The translations under genes and the position numbers were made by a program. The notes beneath the pieces are model-generated. The model had not been told where the DNA came from. It saw only the letters and a list, made by a program, of their open reading frames with translations, and did not search any database. DNA of 64,000 nucleotides from Bacteroidia bacterium (GTDB taxonomy: Bacteria > Bacteroidota > Bacteroidia > M30B66): the NCBI GenBank assembly GCA_965279035.1, contig OZ257142.1, forward strand, positions 3,776,001 to 3,840,000, read 5' to 3'. Each line of letters starts with the position of its first letter. The stretch's first letter is position 1. This document shows, in pieces, positions 28,715 to 39,183 of this stretch.

Positions 28715-30796
28715 GTGCGTATTTATCCTGATGACAGTATTGCCCGATTTGAATTTGATCGTATTCGAACTACGGTAGAAAGCTATTGTCGTAGTTTGGG
28801 TGGAAAAGAATTAGCACAAACACTTCGTCCCGATTTTGAATATGATCCTTTGTTGGTTCAGTTGCGTCGAGTGAAAGAATATGTGGATGTGCAGCGCAGC
28901 GGAAGTGGATTTCCAAATTCAACGTTTCCAGAAATACGTCGTGAACTGAATTTGCTTGCCGTTGCGAATTCGATGTTGCAAGAAAAACAGTTGATGAATA
29001 TCCGCGAAGTGTCGGATGTGGTGAACACACTTTTGCAGTATTTAAAAGATAAAAAGACCATTCTACCTGCGATTCATGGGATTTTCGAACCCGTTTATTT
29101 CACCAAGGAAATTATCGATGCCATCGATAAGGTGCTCGATCCATCAGGAATTGTAAAATCATCCGCCTCGCGAGAATTGGCTGATATTCGTAAAGACCTC
29201 GCCCATTCGAGACGCGAACTCGATAAAGTGTTTCGTGCCCAAATTCAAAAACTGAAAAAACTTGGCTGGCTTGCCGATACCGAAGAAACTGTTTACAATG
29301 GTCGTCGTGTTCTTTCAGTTCTAGCCGAGCAAAAACGCAGCGTGAGTGGTTTGATTCAAGGCAGTTCCGATACAGGGAAAACTACCTTCATCGAACCCAT
29401 CGAAACTGTTGACCTCAACAACGAAGTATTTGAACTCGTCCAACAGGAACGCCGTGAAATCATGCGGATTCTTCGCAATCTCACACAGGAAATACGTCAT
29501 CATCATACCTTAATCAGCAATTACGAATTGGTTTTATGTGAGTTCGATTTCAACCGAGCTAAAGGCTTGTTGGCTATTGAGTTGGATGCGACAATGCCGA
29601 ATGTCGTTCGCACATCACAAATACGATTGCTGAATGCACGTCATCCAATATTAGTATTGCAAAATCGTGCTTCTAAGAAACCAGTCGTGCCAATGAGTTG
29701 CGAACTGGATCATCAAAACCGCTTGCTCATAATCAGTGGACCAAATGCAGGTGGAAAATCCATCACGCTAAAAACCATCGGACTGCTACAAATGATGATT
29801 CAAAGTGGTCTACTCGTTCCGGTTTCAGAACAAAGTGAGATTGGCTTTTTCCAACGTTTGTTCGCCGATATTGGTGATAGTCAGTCGATCGAATACGAAT
29901 TGAGTACGTACAGTTCACGCTTGACAAAAATGAAATACATCTTGGAGTTTGCCGACAAAAAAACCTTGGTGTTAATTGATGAATTCGGAACCGGAACCGA
30001 TCCTGAATTAGGCGGCGCAGTAGCAGAAGCGATGCTGGAAGAATTGTCGCGACGACGGACATTGGGCGTTATTACGACACATTACATGAATATCAAACTG
30101 GCAGCTGATCGCTTAGATGGAGTTCGGAATGCCTGTATGTTATTCGATGATGAGACTTTACAGCCGATGTATCAATTGGTGATTGGACAGCCGGGAAGTT
30201 CATACACATACATCATTGCAGAAAAAACCGGATTGCCAGTGGCGATAATCAATCGTGCGCGAAATCTCACTTCTAAAGACAAAGTAACACTCGATCGGAT
30301 GTTGCAACAATTGCAAAAGGAGCAACAAGAGTTACGAAAATTGCTTCAGATTTTAGATGAGAAACAGGCTGTTGCCGATAAATCAAAATCGAAATACGAT
30401 GAGCTTCACGAAAAAATGAAGCTGAAGATGGAGAGCAAAAAAGCTACTCAAGAGGAGTCGGGAAAATTGATTGAGTTGGGGAAAAAGCTTCAATCGATCA
30501 CCAAAGAATGGGAAACGGCTAAGGATAAGAAGCCCATTTTTGCCAAGTTGACAAAGATTTTATCAGCCGAAAAGCTCAAGAAAATTGATAAGAAACAGCA
30601 GCTTAAAAAGGAAAAAATCAAAGCTCAAGTGCTGGAGAAGAAAAAAGCTGAGATAAAAGTTGGCTCGAAAGTCAAATTGCTCAGTGGCCGACAAACGGGC
30701 ATTGTAGAGGAGATTCAAAACAATCGGGCACGTGTCATTTTCGGAAATTTGAAAACCCTTGCCAGTTTAGAAACCTTAGAAGTAGTGGAAGATTAA
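28715..30796 (+). CDS. mutS2: MutS2-family protein (no Smr domain; ends with a KOW-like domain)
   Basis: ARHP, SGPNAGGKS, DIGD.QSIE..LSTYSS, DEFGTGTDP, TTHY; GTG start. Confidence 0.88.
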   Translation: MRIYPDDSIARFEFDRIRTTVESYCRSLGGKELAQTLRPDFEYDPLLVQLRRVKEYVDVQRSGSGFPNSTFPEIRRELNLLAVANSMLQEKQLMNIREVSDVVNTLLQYLKDKKTILPAIHGIFEPVYFTKEIIDAIDKVLDPSGIVKSSASRELADIRKDLAHSRRELDKVFRAQIQKLKKLGWLADTEETVYNGRRVLSVLAEQKRSVSGLIQGSSDTGKTTFIEPIETVDLNNEVFELVQQERREIMRILRNLTQEIRHHHTLISNYELVLCEFDFNRAKGLLAIELDATMPNVVRTSQIRLLNARHPILVLQNRASKKPVVPMSCELDHQNRLLIISGPNAGGKSITLKTIGLLQMMIQSGLLVPVSEQSEIGFFQRLFADIGDSQSIEYELSTYSSRLTKMKYILEFADKKTLVLIDEFGTGTDPELGGAVAEAMLEELSRRRTLGVITTHYMNIKLAADRLDGVRNACMLFDDETLQPMYQLVIGQPGSSYTYIIAEKTGLPVAIINRARNLTSKDKVTLDRMLQQLQKEQQELRKLLQILDEKQAVADKSKSKYDELHEKMKLKMESKKATQEESGKLIELGKKLQSITKEWETAKDKKPIFAKLTKILSAEKLKKIDKKQQLKKEKIKAQVLEKKKAEIKVGSKVKLLSGRQTGIVEEIQNNRARVIFGNLKTLASLETLEVVED

Positions 30797-33141
30797 TTCC
30801 CCAATAAAGTAACCGTTCCTTTTTCTTCGAATGCTTGATCTTTAATATCGGTTCCGGTGATGATGAAGAAGTAAGTCCCATCAGGCATTTTCTCCGAATT
30901 GTACAATCCATCCCAACCAGCACTCACGTTTTCCCATGAATACAATTGTTTTCCCCAACGAGTAAACACGCGTGCTTGAAAGGTTTTTACCGCATTGTGC
31001 TTCACTTGAAATAGATCGTTAAATCCGTCAGAATTAGGCGTAAACACATTCGGAACAAACAATACTAATTTATCACTCAGCACCTTGATTACACTAGAAC
31101 TGCTGTCGATACAGCCTGTTGAATTACTCACAACCAGCTCCAATACAAAGGTTCCTGAATCAGGGAAACTGAGAGTTCCTGGTGCTGTAAAACTAATTGG
31201 ATCACCGTTAAGAAACCAAGTGTAGGTTTCCCCATTCACACTTTGATCAGTCACATTTACCGGTAAAACCACATAGCCCGAATCGACATCGGTACTAAAG
31301 TTAGCGGTAACAGGAATTCCTGTAATGATGATTTGATCTGTAGCTGTATTGCATTGTCCAGCTCGAGTTAGGGTATATGTTCCAGGCGAATTTACCGAAA
31401 TGGAATTGGCGTTAGAACCTGTATTCCATGAGTTATGATCGCTTGCATTGGAGATTAATTCAATGGCTTGTCCACTGCATAGCGATGTGTCGGAAGGTGG
31501 GATTATCATGGCAGTCAAAAGTCCGACTTGCTGAATAATAATTTCCAATGGCTCACTTTCACAACCACCTGAAGTGGCAGTTACATACAGTGTATCATTA
31601 TTTAATGTGGATTGATAACTTAATCCTGTTGTGAGAATAGTGCTTAGACTTTCGTCAGAATACCAAGTGATTGGAGAAGAACTGCTTTGTACACTCGCCA
31701 AAGGAATTGGATCAACTTCACAAAATGTTAGCAGTGTATCGCCTGTAGGAATAGCAACCACCGAAAATTCAACAGTTACACCTGTTGTATCGGAATAACA
31801 ACCTTGCTCCGATTGTACGACATAGTACCCTGCATTTTGTCCGTTTGTGGGAGTGATCGAGCTTCCGTTTGATAAAAATGTTGTGAGCGATGGATCAGAA
31901 TACCAAGAAACTGTAGCATTTTGATCTGCAATAATGCTCAATGCATTGGGAGTTTCACCGTTGCAATAAACGGTATCACCCGAAATAAAAATTGGTGAAA
32001 GACTTACAACTTGAAGTGTTTGTGTTTCACTGTCGGAGCAAGTTCCAGCACCAACAGAATAAGTAAGTTGAACATTTCCATCGAGTCCTGAGAAATTGAA
32101 TTGCGAACCCGAAACACCTGTTCCCGACCAATTTCCGCCAGGCGTTCCAGTAATTAAGGTGTTCAAATCAATCGGTGCATCAGTGGCACAAAGCAATTGA
32201 GGATTAGTAAATGAAGCATTCGCGCTTTCGATTACAATGATATTTAAGGTTACTGAAGCGGATTGTGTGATACAAGAACTCGTCGGTATTACTGTGTATG
32301 TGACTGCATACGATCCATTAAGCGAAGCGGGATTGAAAGTCGAACCTGTAACACCCGTCCCCGACCAAGTTCCTCCAGTAGTTCCTGTAACGTAATTATT
32401 CAAATCGACTGATGCTCCATTTTCGCAGAGCGGTCCTGGATTGATCCAATTAGCAGAAAATGGAACGATGGGAGCAGTACAACCTGTATTGGTATAAGTT
32501 GCTGTTCCATCGTCGGTAAAATTAACCGTGGCGCCATTTTGAGCTATATTTTGTCCAGAAGTATTGACTAATAAAGCCCGTTGATAGGTAACTTCTTCGT
32601 AGCAAGAATTTGCTCCATTAATTTGAATTCTGAGGGTTTGATCTTGTGGAGCACCAGTGTTTTGATTCAGAAAATGACCACCTTGTTGACCTGTATGTTG
32701 ATGAAAGATGATGTATAAGGTATCGCTTAAGTTAGCGAATGAATTGAGCAAAGCGGATACATCATAGCTGGTAATGGCCAATACTCTTTTGTTGGGAGGA
32801 ATTATTCCCGCTGGAGGTTCTACTAGATAACCACAGGAAGCGATGGTACTATTTAGCTCAATAGTTTTAGCTTCTGTGAATGGGTTTTGAACAAAGCCGT
32901 TAAATGGTAAAGCATTGACACTTTCTGATGGCCAGCCATTGACAACCGTTACATCCGAAATATTCAAAGCGAAATTCCCATTTCGAAAACGGAACATTTC
33001 ATTCAATCCTTCAATTGTAGGATCACCATTATCACAGGCATCTACCAGAATGCTCTCTATTTGAATACATGATTGAGCCTTTGTTTGAGAAGGTTTTAGA
33101 TAAAAAAATAATAGGAGAAAAAGTGCTAAGTATTTTTTCAT
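30793..33141 (-). CDS. T9SS type B CTD (gliding-motility-associated/CHU_C) surface protein with Ig/PKD repeats
   Basis: C-terminal VPNVFTPNSDGFND...WDG...GTYFF...GTVTLL; repeated GG.WSG.GV units. Confidence 0.88.
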   Translation of the reverse strand: MKKYLALFLLLFFYLKPSQTKAQSCIQIESILVDACDNGDPTIEGLNEMFRFRNGNFALNISDVTVVNGWPSESVNALPFNGFVQNPFTEAKTIELNSTIASCGYLVEPPAGIIPPNKRVLAITSYDVSALLNSFANLSDTLYIIFHQHTGQQGGHFLNQNTGAPQDQTLRIQINGANSCYEEVTYQRALLVNTSGQNIAQNGATVNFTDDGTATYTNTGCTAPIVPFSANWINPGPLCENGASVDLNNYVTGTTGGTWSGTGVTGSTFNPASLNGSYAVTYTVIPTSSCITQSASVTLNIIVIESANASFTNPQLLCATDAPIDLNTLITGTPGGNWSGTGVSGSQFNFSGLDGNVQLTYSVGAGTCSDSETQTLQVVSLSPIFISGDTVYCNGETPNALSIIADQNATVSWYSDPSLTTFLSNGSSITPTNGQNAGYYVVQSEQGCYSDTTGVTVEFSVVAIPTGDTLLTFCEVDPIPLASVQSSSSPITWYSDESLSTILTTGLSYQSTLNNDTLYVTATSGGCESEPLEIIIQQVGLLTAMIIPPSDTSLCSGQAIELISNASDHNSWNTGSNANSISVNSPGTYTLTRAGQCNTATDQIIITGIPVTANFSTDVDSGYVVLPVNVTDQSVNGETYTWFLNGDPISFTAPGTLSFPDSGTFVLELVVSNSTGCIDSSSSVIKVLSDKLVLFVPNVFTPNSDGFNDLFQVKHNAVKTFQARVFTRWGKQLYSWENVSAGWDGLYNSEKMPDGTYFFIITGTDIKDQAFEEKGTVTLLGN

Positions 33142-33329
33142 AATCTGGGAGAATACTTCGAGTTGGATTGAGAAAGATACAGATTTGATTTTTAAAAAAT
33201 AAATATCACCTAAAAGAAGAATTATTCTGCCGAGAAAAAAGCAAAAAAAAATCCGGCATCATTTTATGAATGACCGGATTTGAATAAATAAATAACACAG
33301 GGAAAAAATCTATTTCCCCTTTAGAATCG

Positions 33330-36080
33330 CTAATTTCTAAGCAAAGTCACTGAACCATAACGTTCAAAATCCTGAGAAGTAAAATCTTTCCCTTTAATCA
33401 CATAGAAATAAACACCATCAGCAACTGGATTTCCTTTTTTGGTTCCATCCCAACTGTTTCCAACTCCTTCCCACGAATAAACTTCTTGTCCCCAACGATC
33501 AAAAATGGTGGATTTGAATTCTGTAACACCATTGAATTTCGCCTTAAAGAAATCGTTATACCCATCACCATTCGGTGTGAAACTGTTCGGAAGTTCTAAA
33601 CTGAATGTTCCATTTGTAACCGAAACATTCCGAGAAACACTATCCAGACAGCCAGCATTGTCGCAAAGGTGTTTAATTGTATACGAACCAACATCGGTTA
33701 ATACAATCTGATTTTGTACTAGTGAAGAACTATTTCCATTAATAAACCAATCACATCCAGCTGTAGAAACAGGATTTACATTGATAGTTAAAGGTGCATA
33801 ACCTTCGAGGCTACTTAATTCAAATGAAGCGTCCGGCGTGATATCATTCACAAGAATATTATCGCTAGCAGTATTACATGTATTACTAGCTGATGCTGTA
33901 TAAAGTCCGCTTTGAGAAACAGTTAGCTCATTGGTTTGTGAACCATTGGACCATTGAACAGGTTCATTGGAACTAGCCATGAGAACGACTTCACTACCAT
34001 GACAAATATCGGCAGAACCAGCAACCGTAATTGAAACGGTAGCAAGAGGCAAACTGCTTAGCTGAATCGAAACTGTTGAACTTGCGCATTCTCCGTTTTG
34101 AGCATTGAGCCAGAAAGTTGTATTGGTTTGCGTTGGTTGATAATTTAAACCTTGATGTACTTCATTTTGAAGCGTTGCATCGCTATACCAAAAAACGGGT
34201 GTTGTTGAAGTCGCTGTTAATAAAGGGATGGATGTGTTTTCGCAATAGGTAACATTGGTTTGTGTTACAGGTGAAGCCGGTGACAGAGCAACCGTTATAC
34301 TGAATTGTGCTGTGTCGGAACTACATGTTCCAATGGATTGAATTAAATAAAATGTTTGATCACTCGTAAGTGCTGGTGTATAGGTATTTAAACTTGAAAT
34401 CTGATTGCTTAGCAAACTATCAGAATACCAAAAAACACTCACCCCCGGAATAGAATTTACACTCAACGCATTCGGTGTATCGGCAGAACAATAACTTGTA
34501 TCGCCACTAACAACTGGGATTGGAACTGTACCTGCGTATATCGTATGCGATTGGCTCGATTGACATGCTGCTCCACTAATGGAATAAGTAACAACCGAAG
34601 AATCAACAATGGCGGCTGGATCGAAAATATTTATCGAAACACCATTTCCTGTCCAAGATCCACCTGTTTGCCCTTCGATCAAATTATCTAACATAACAGT
34701 AAGGGAAGTGTCACATAAAAACCCAGGATTGGTCCAAGCTGTATTGGGTAAAGTATCGATTTGTATTGATTGTGTGTTGGATAAATTACATCCATTGATT
34801 GAAACTGAAAATGTAATAGCTGCCGCACCGGAAAGTCCACTAGGATTGAAAATGCTGTCTGTTACATTTTGTCCCGACCAAGTTCCTTGTACATTGGCAG
34901 GAGCGAAATCTTGTAAATTGATCGTACCTGATTCAGCGCAAATTGTACCTGGATTTGACCAGTTTGCATTGAGTGCTTGAATGAAGATTGTATGGGCTTC
35001 TGTATCGGAGCAGGAACCAACTCCAACAGAATAATGGATGGTAATATCTCCTGAAAGTGCTCCTGTAAATAGAGTTGTCCCACTAACTCCCGGACCAAAC
35101 CAATATCCCGGTGTTGTTCCACTTACATATTGATCTAGATTGATAAGTCCGGCATTGCTGCATAAAGTAGCTGGCGGTGTCCAAGTAGCATCAACTTGAG
35201 GATATATGGTTACTGTTTGTGTTTTGGTTTGAGTACAGGCGCCTGCCCCAACAGAATATGTAATTTGAATATCTCCGCTTAAACCTGCAGGATCGAAAGC
35301 ATTCCCTGTAACACCTGGCCCAGTCCATGTTCCACCTTGAGATCCTGTTACCAAGTTATTCAAATTGATTGGACTTGTATTGAAGCAAATTTCAGGAATA
35401 GTCCATTCGGCAGAGAATGGCGTGTATGGAGCAATGCAACCAATGTTTATATAGGTAGCCAATCCATCATCGGTAAAATTAACTGTTGCACCATCTTCAT
35501 CACCAATATTTCCAGCTGTTGTGGTGAGTTCAGTCCGATGATATGTAACAGCATCGCTGCATCCAGGTATAGAATTAAATGAAATTACAACTGTTTGAGC
35601 ATCCGGATTTGGATTGGGTTGATAATTTAAAACGTGACCGGAGTTGGTATTATCGTTAGCATAAATGACGTATAGTGTGTCACCCAATTGTGAAAAGAAA
35701 TTATTCGCAGTACTTACATTGTAACTGGTAATAAGAATTACTTCTGAATTTGCCGGTAAAACACCATCAAGTGGCTCCCGAAGTAATCCACATGAAATGA
35801 TAGATGCATTAAATTCAGCTGTTTTTTGTGCAGTAAGAGCATCCATAGTAAGCCCATTCCAACCTAAATTGGTATTTGCCCACTGAACATTCATATCGGA
35901 AGTTTGCAAATCACTGCTTTCCACTTTAAAACGAACCATTTCGTTTTTCCCTTCGGCATTCCCCGGTGCACAGGAATTGACGAGAATACTTTTTATCTCA
36001 ATACAGCCCGATTGTGCTAGAATTGACTGAGTTGAACAAAGTGTACAAATGAAAATGATAAAAAAGTAAAGACTCTTCAT
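33330..36080 (-). CDS. T9SS type B CTD surface protein, tandem paralog of 30793-33141
   Basis: LPNSFTPNGDGYND...GVYFY...GSVTLLR; shares N-terminal CI.I.SILV..C...EG.NEM.RF domain. Confidence 0.88.
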   Translation of the reverse strand: MKSLYFFIIFICTLCSTQSILAQSGCIEIKSILVNSCAPGNAEGKNEMVRFKVESSDLQTSDMNVQWANTNLGWNGLTMDALTAQKTAEFNASIISCGLLREPLDGVLPANSEVILITSYNVSTANNFFSQLGDTLYVIYANDNTNSGHVLNYQPNPNPDAQTVVISFNSIPGCSDAVTYHRTELTTTAGNIGDEDGATVNFTDDGLATYINIGCIAPYTPFSAEWTIPEICFNTSPINLNNLVTGSQGGTWTGPGVTGNAFDPAGLSGDIQITYSVGAGACTQTKTQTVTIYPQVDATWTPPATLCSNAGLINLDQYVSGTTPGYWFGPGVSGTTLFTGALSGDITIHYSVGVGSCSDTEAHTIFIQALNANWSNPGTICAESGTINLQDFAPANVQGTWSGQNVTDSIFNPSGLSGAAAITFSVSINGCNLSNTQSIQIDTLPNTAWTNPGFLCDTSLTVMLDNLIEGQTGGSWTGNGVSINIFDPAAIVDSSVVTYSISGAACQSSQSHTIYAGTVPIPVVSGDTSYCSADTPNALSVNSIPGVSVFWYSDSLLSNQISSLNTYTPALTSDQTFYLIQSIGTCSSDTAQFSITVALSPASPVTQTNVTYCENTSIPLLTATSTTPVFWYSDATLQNEVHQGLNYQPTQTNTTFWLNAQNGECASSTVSIQLSSLPLATVSITVAGSADICHGSEVVLMASSNEPVQWSNGSQTNELTVSQSGLYTASASNTCNTASDNILVNDITPDASFELSSLEGYAPLTINVNPVSTAGCDWFINGNSSSLVQNQIVLTDVGSYTIKHLCDNAGCLDSVSRNVSVTNGTFSLELPNSFTPNGDGYNDFFKAKFNGVTEFKSTIFDRWGQEVYSWEGVGNSWDGTKKGNPVADGVYFYVIKGKDFTSQDFERYGSVTLLRN

Positions 36081-36154
36081 TGGTGGTAGATTATGGAAAT
36101 CAAATTAGAGCAAGATAAGTGATGAAAATAAAATATCACATTAAAAAACAGGAT

Positions 36155-37753
36155 TCAAACATCCTGAGAAATAAGAAGAAAAGAATTGGATAGGGGTTGA
36201 CAACCATCCTTCAGCACTTCAATTATCTCAAAAGAATGCCTCAAAATGAATGTGCTTATCGATTCTTTCCTTTCCTGAAGAGAACCTAAAGGATACATGT
36301 GCTCGTGGATTTCGCGAAGTCGATTTATTTCTACTTCCAATTGTTTTTTCCGAGTTCGGATCAACTTTTTAGAAAAGCGATTGAGTTGAGATTCTACTCG
36401 CTTACCAATTGCAGCAGCGCTATTTGCAAGTGTAGCATCAATTTCTGAACTGAGCTCTTGAAGCTGATTTACCCAAATTGATAAATCGGAAAATGATTGT
36501 TTTAGTTCTAAATCGGGTTTAGAAAGCGATAGGATCGTCTTTTTTTCAAGTTGATGTAAATCCAAGAATAAATCGGTACTACTCAATTGAGCACGTTCTA
36601 TTTTTCTAGCATTTTTTACATCGATTATCATTGCCGAATTACGCAACAGCAAAGCTGGATAAGGCATACGATAATGATCAAAAATTCCTTTCAATTCCAA
36701 CCAATACGAAATCTCCGCTCCTCCACCAAAATAAGCGATGTTAGGCAAAATCGTTTCTTGATAAAGAGGACGCATCAATACATTGGGTGAAAAGCATTCC
36801 GGATTTTTAGAAATCGTTTGTTTCAATTCTTCTTCTGTCCATTGATATTTCCCATCATTCGTTAAATACCTTCCCTCCTCTTCAACAATCCGATCACGAT
36901 ATCCATCCAACAAATAAAAGAAGTTTATCTCTCTACCGTTTACTTGCGAGTGATAGCGCTCTTCAATGATTGCCCTTGTTTTTTCAACTTCACGAAAACT
37001 ATTTTTCTCCAAAATATCTTGAATCATCACAGGAGCAAATGCTTTCTTCAATCGCGCATCATCTGCATCAATCACCAAAACTCCAAGATGTCCAAATAAC
37101 TGATGTACGATGTAACGTGTAGCTAAAGATAGATTGGGCAAAGCATACGCATTTTTGAAAATCTCTGTCAAGCGCTTGGCATCTACTCCTTGTCCAACAA
37201 TCTGCTCAAATTGAACAAGTACCTCTTCCATGCCCTCCAACTGAAATCGCCCTACAGGACCAAGCTGATTTGTTTCCCATTTTAATGGCTGACCATCAAC
37301 CCAAACATGATCAATTTCTGCTACATCATGGTCTTCTGTAGCCATCCAAAACACCGGTACAAACTGATTTTGTGGATATGCTTGACTTAATTCCTGAGCC
37401 AATTTGATAGCTGAAATAATTTTCAAGGGAGAATACAAAGGCCCAAGCAAAATTCCGGTTTGTTGTCCAGTAGTTATAGTAAACGTAGTGGGTAAAAGCA
37501 GCGTTGAAATGCGAGTTTCGATTTCAGAATCGAATAATCCAGCTTGATTGTATTGATCGCGTAAAACTTCGGTTAAGGCAATCCTGTCGATTGGAACCTG
37601 ACTTTTCCTTTCAATAAACTGCTTAAAATTTTCCAGCGTTGGAGCTGCCTCATAAAGGTTTTTCAGGAATGGTTCCTGATCGAGGTAATCGCAAACGATC
37701 GGCTGAAACTTCCCGGTTTGTCGGTAGGGAACGTAGCTACATCGGGTTTTCAT
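36155..37753 (-). CDS. bshC: Bacillithiol biosynthesis cysteine-adding enzyme
   Basis: TTGQQ, VPVFWMATEDHD..EI, SPNVLMRPLYQE, GGGAE..YW, LQER. Confidence 0.92.
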   Translation of the reverse strand: MKTRCSYVPYRQTGKFQPIVCDYLDQEPFLKNLYEAAPTLENFKQFIERKSQVPIDRIALTEVLRDQYNQAGLFDSEIETRISTLLLPTTFTITTGQQTGILLGPLYSPLKIISAIKLAQELSQAYPQNQFVPVFWMATEDHDVAEIDHVWVDGQPLKWETNQLGPVGRFQLEGMEEVLVQFEQIVGQGVDAKRLTEIFKNAYALPNLSLATRYIVHQLFGHLGVLVIDADDARLKKAFAPVMIQDILEKNSFREVEKTRAIIEERYHSQVNGREINFFYLLDGYRDRIVEEEGRYLTNDGKYQWTEEELKQTISKNPECFSPNVLMRPLYQETILPNIAYFGGGAEISYWLELKGIFDHYRMPYPALLLRNSAMIIDVKNARKIERAQLSSTDLFLDLHQLEKKTILSLSKPDLELKQSFSDLSIWVNQLQELSSEIDATLANSAAAIGKRVESQLNRFSKKLIRTRKKQLEVEINRLREIHEHMYPLGSLQERKESISTFILRHSFEIIEVLKDGCQPLSNSFLLISQDV

Positions 37754-39066
37754 TTCACGAAAGTACCGAAAAGATCAAATTCTTCTGCTCGATCTATTTT
37801 CACTTGAGCAAAATCTCCAATACGCACGTAAGCATCGTCTTTGGCTTCCACCAATACTTCATTATCCACTTCCGGTGAATCGAATTCGGTACGACCAATA
37901 AAATAAGGACCTTCTTTCCGATCGAATAAAACCTTGTAGGTATTGCCCACTTTTTCTTGATTGAGCGAAGCTGAAATGCCCATTTGCACATCCATCACTG
38001 CATCTGCACGTTCTTGTTTTACTTCGGCAGGAACATCATCTACTAAGGAATAGGCATGCGTATTTTCCTCGTGAGAGTAAGTGAATACGCCTAAACGTTC
38101 GAAACGACTGTCCTGAATCCATTGCAGCATTTCTTCGTGATCTTTTTCTGTTTCACCTGGATATCCTGCAATCAACGAAGTACGAATCGCCATTCCCGGA
38201 ACTTTATCGCGAATGCTATTCACCAAATCGATTGTTTTCTGCTTGGTTGTTCCGCGGCGCATGCTTTTCAACATCGAATCGCTGATATGTTGCAAAGGCA
38301 TATCAATGTATTTGCAGATGTTTTCTCGTTCGCGCATCACATCCAACACATCCGTAGGAAAACCACTAGGAAAGGCATAATGCAGACGAATCCATTCTAA
38401 ACCATTGATATCAGAAAGTCGACTCATGAGTTCGGCTAACTTTCTGTCTTTGTACAAATCGAGTCCGTAATAGGTTGAATCTTGAGCGATGAGTAATAAT
38501 TCCTTGGTTCCGTTTTTAACGAGTTGTCGAGCTTGAGCTTCTAATTGCTCCATCGGGATGGAAATATGTCCACCACGCATAAGCGGAATTGCGCAAAAGG
38601 AACACGGACGATCGCAACCTTCAGAAATCTTGAAATACGCGTAATGAGCAGGGGTGGTAAGTAAGCGTTCGCCAACGAGTTCGTGCTTGTAATCGGCTTT
38701 GAGCGTTTTTAATAAACGAGGCAGATCGCGTGTTCCAAACCAAGCATCCACTTCAGGAATCTCCAATTCGAGTTCGGGTTTATAGCGCTCACTCAAACAG
38801 CCGGTAACATACACTTTAGCAACTTGTCCGTTTGTTTTGGCTTCGGCGTATCGTAAAATTGTATTGATACTTTCTTCCTTTGCATTATCAATGAATCCGC
38901 AAGTGTTGATGATTACAATTTCGGAATCATCGTGTTTGGATTCATGTTCTACCTCAAATTTATTCGCCTTGAGTTGCCCCATCAGCACTTCCGAATCGTA
39001 AATGTTTTTGGAGCAGCCAAGCGTGACCACATTGACTTTATTTTTCTTGAGGGTTTTGGTCTTCAT
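37750..39066 (-). CDS. rimO: Ribosomal protein S12 methylthiotransferase
   Basis: LGCSKN, NTCGFI, radical SAM CDRPCSFC, TRAM domain with DSPEVD. Confidence 0.95.
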   Translation of the reverse strand: MKTKTLKKNKVNVVTLGCSKNIYDSEVLMGQLKANKFEVEHESKHDDSEIVIINTCGFIDNAKEESINTILRYAEAKTNGQVAKVYVTGCLSERYKPELELEIPEVDAWFGTRDLPRLLKTLKADYKHELVGERLLTTPAHYAYFKISEGCDRPCSFCAIPLMRGGHISIPMEQLEAQARQLVKNGTKELLLIAQDSTYYGLDLYKDRKLAELMSRLSDINGLEWIRLHYAFPSGFPTDVLDVMRERENICKYIDMPLQHISDSMLKSMRRGTTKQKTIDLVNSIRDKVPGMAIRTSLIAGYPGETEKDHEEMLQWIQDSRFERLGVFTYSHEENTHAYSLVDDVPAEVKQERADAVMDVQMGISASLNQEKVGNTYKVLFDRKEGPYFIGRTEFDSPEVDNEVLVEAKDDAYVRIGDFAQVKIDRAEEFDLFGTFVK

Positions 39067-39183
39067 CCTATGCAGAGGAGTTTATTCGGATTGGGGCGCA
39101 AAGGTACGCAATTCATAGGGTATAAAAAGAAAACCAGTCAACCCGAATGAACGAATTGACTGGTTTAAATTTCAATAATTGAA

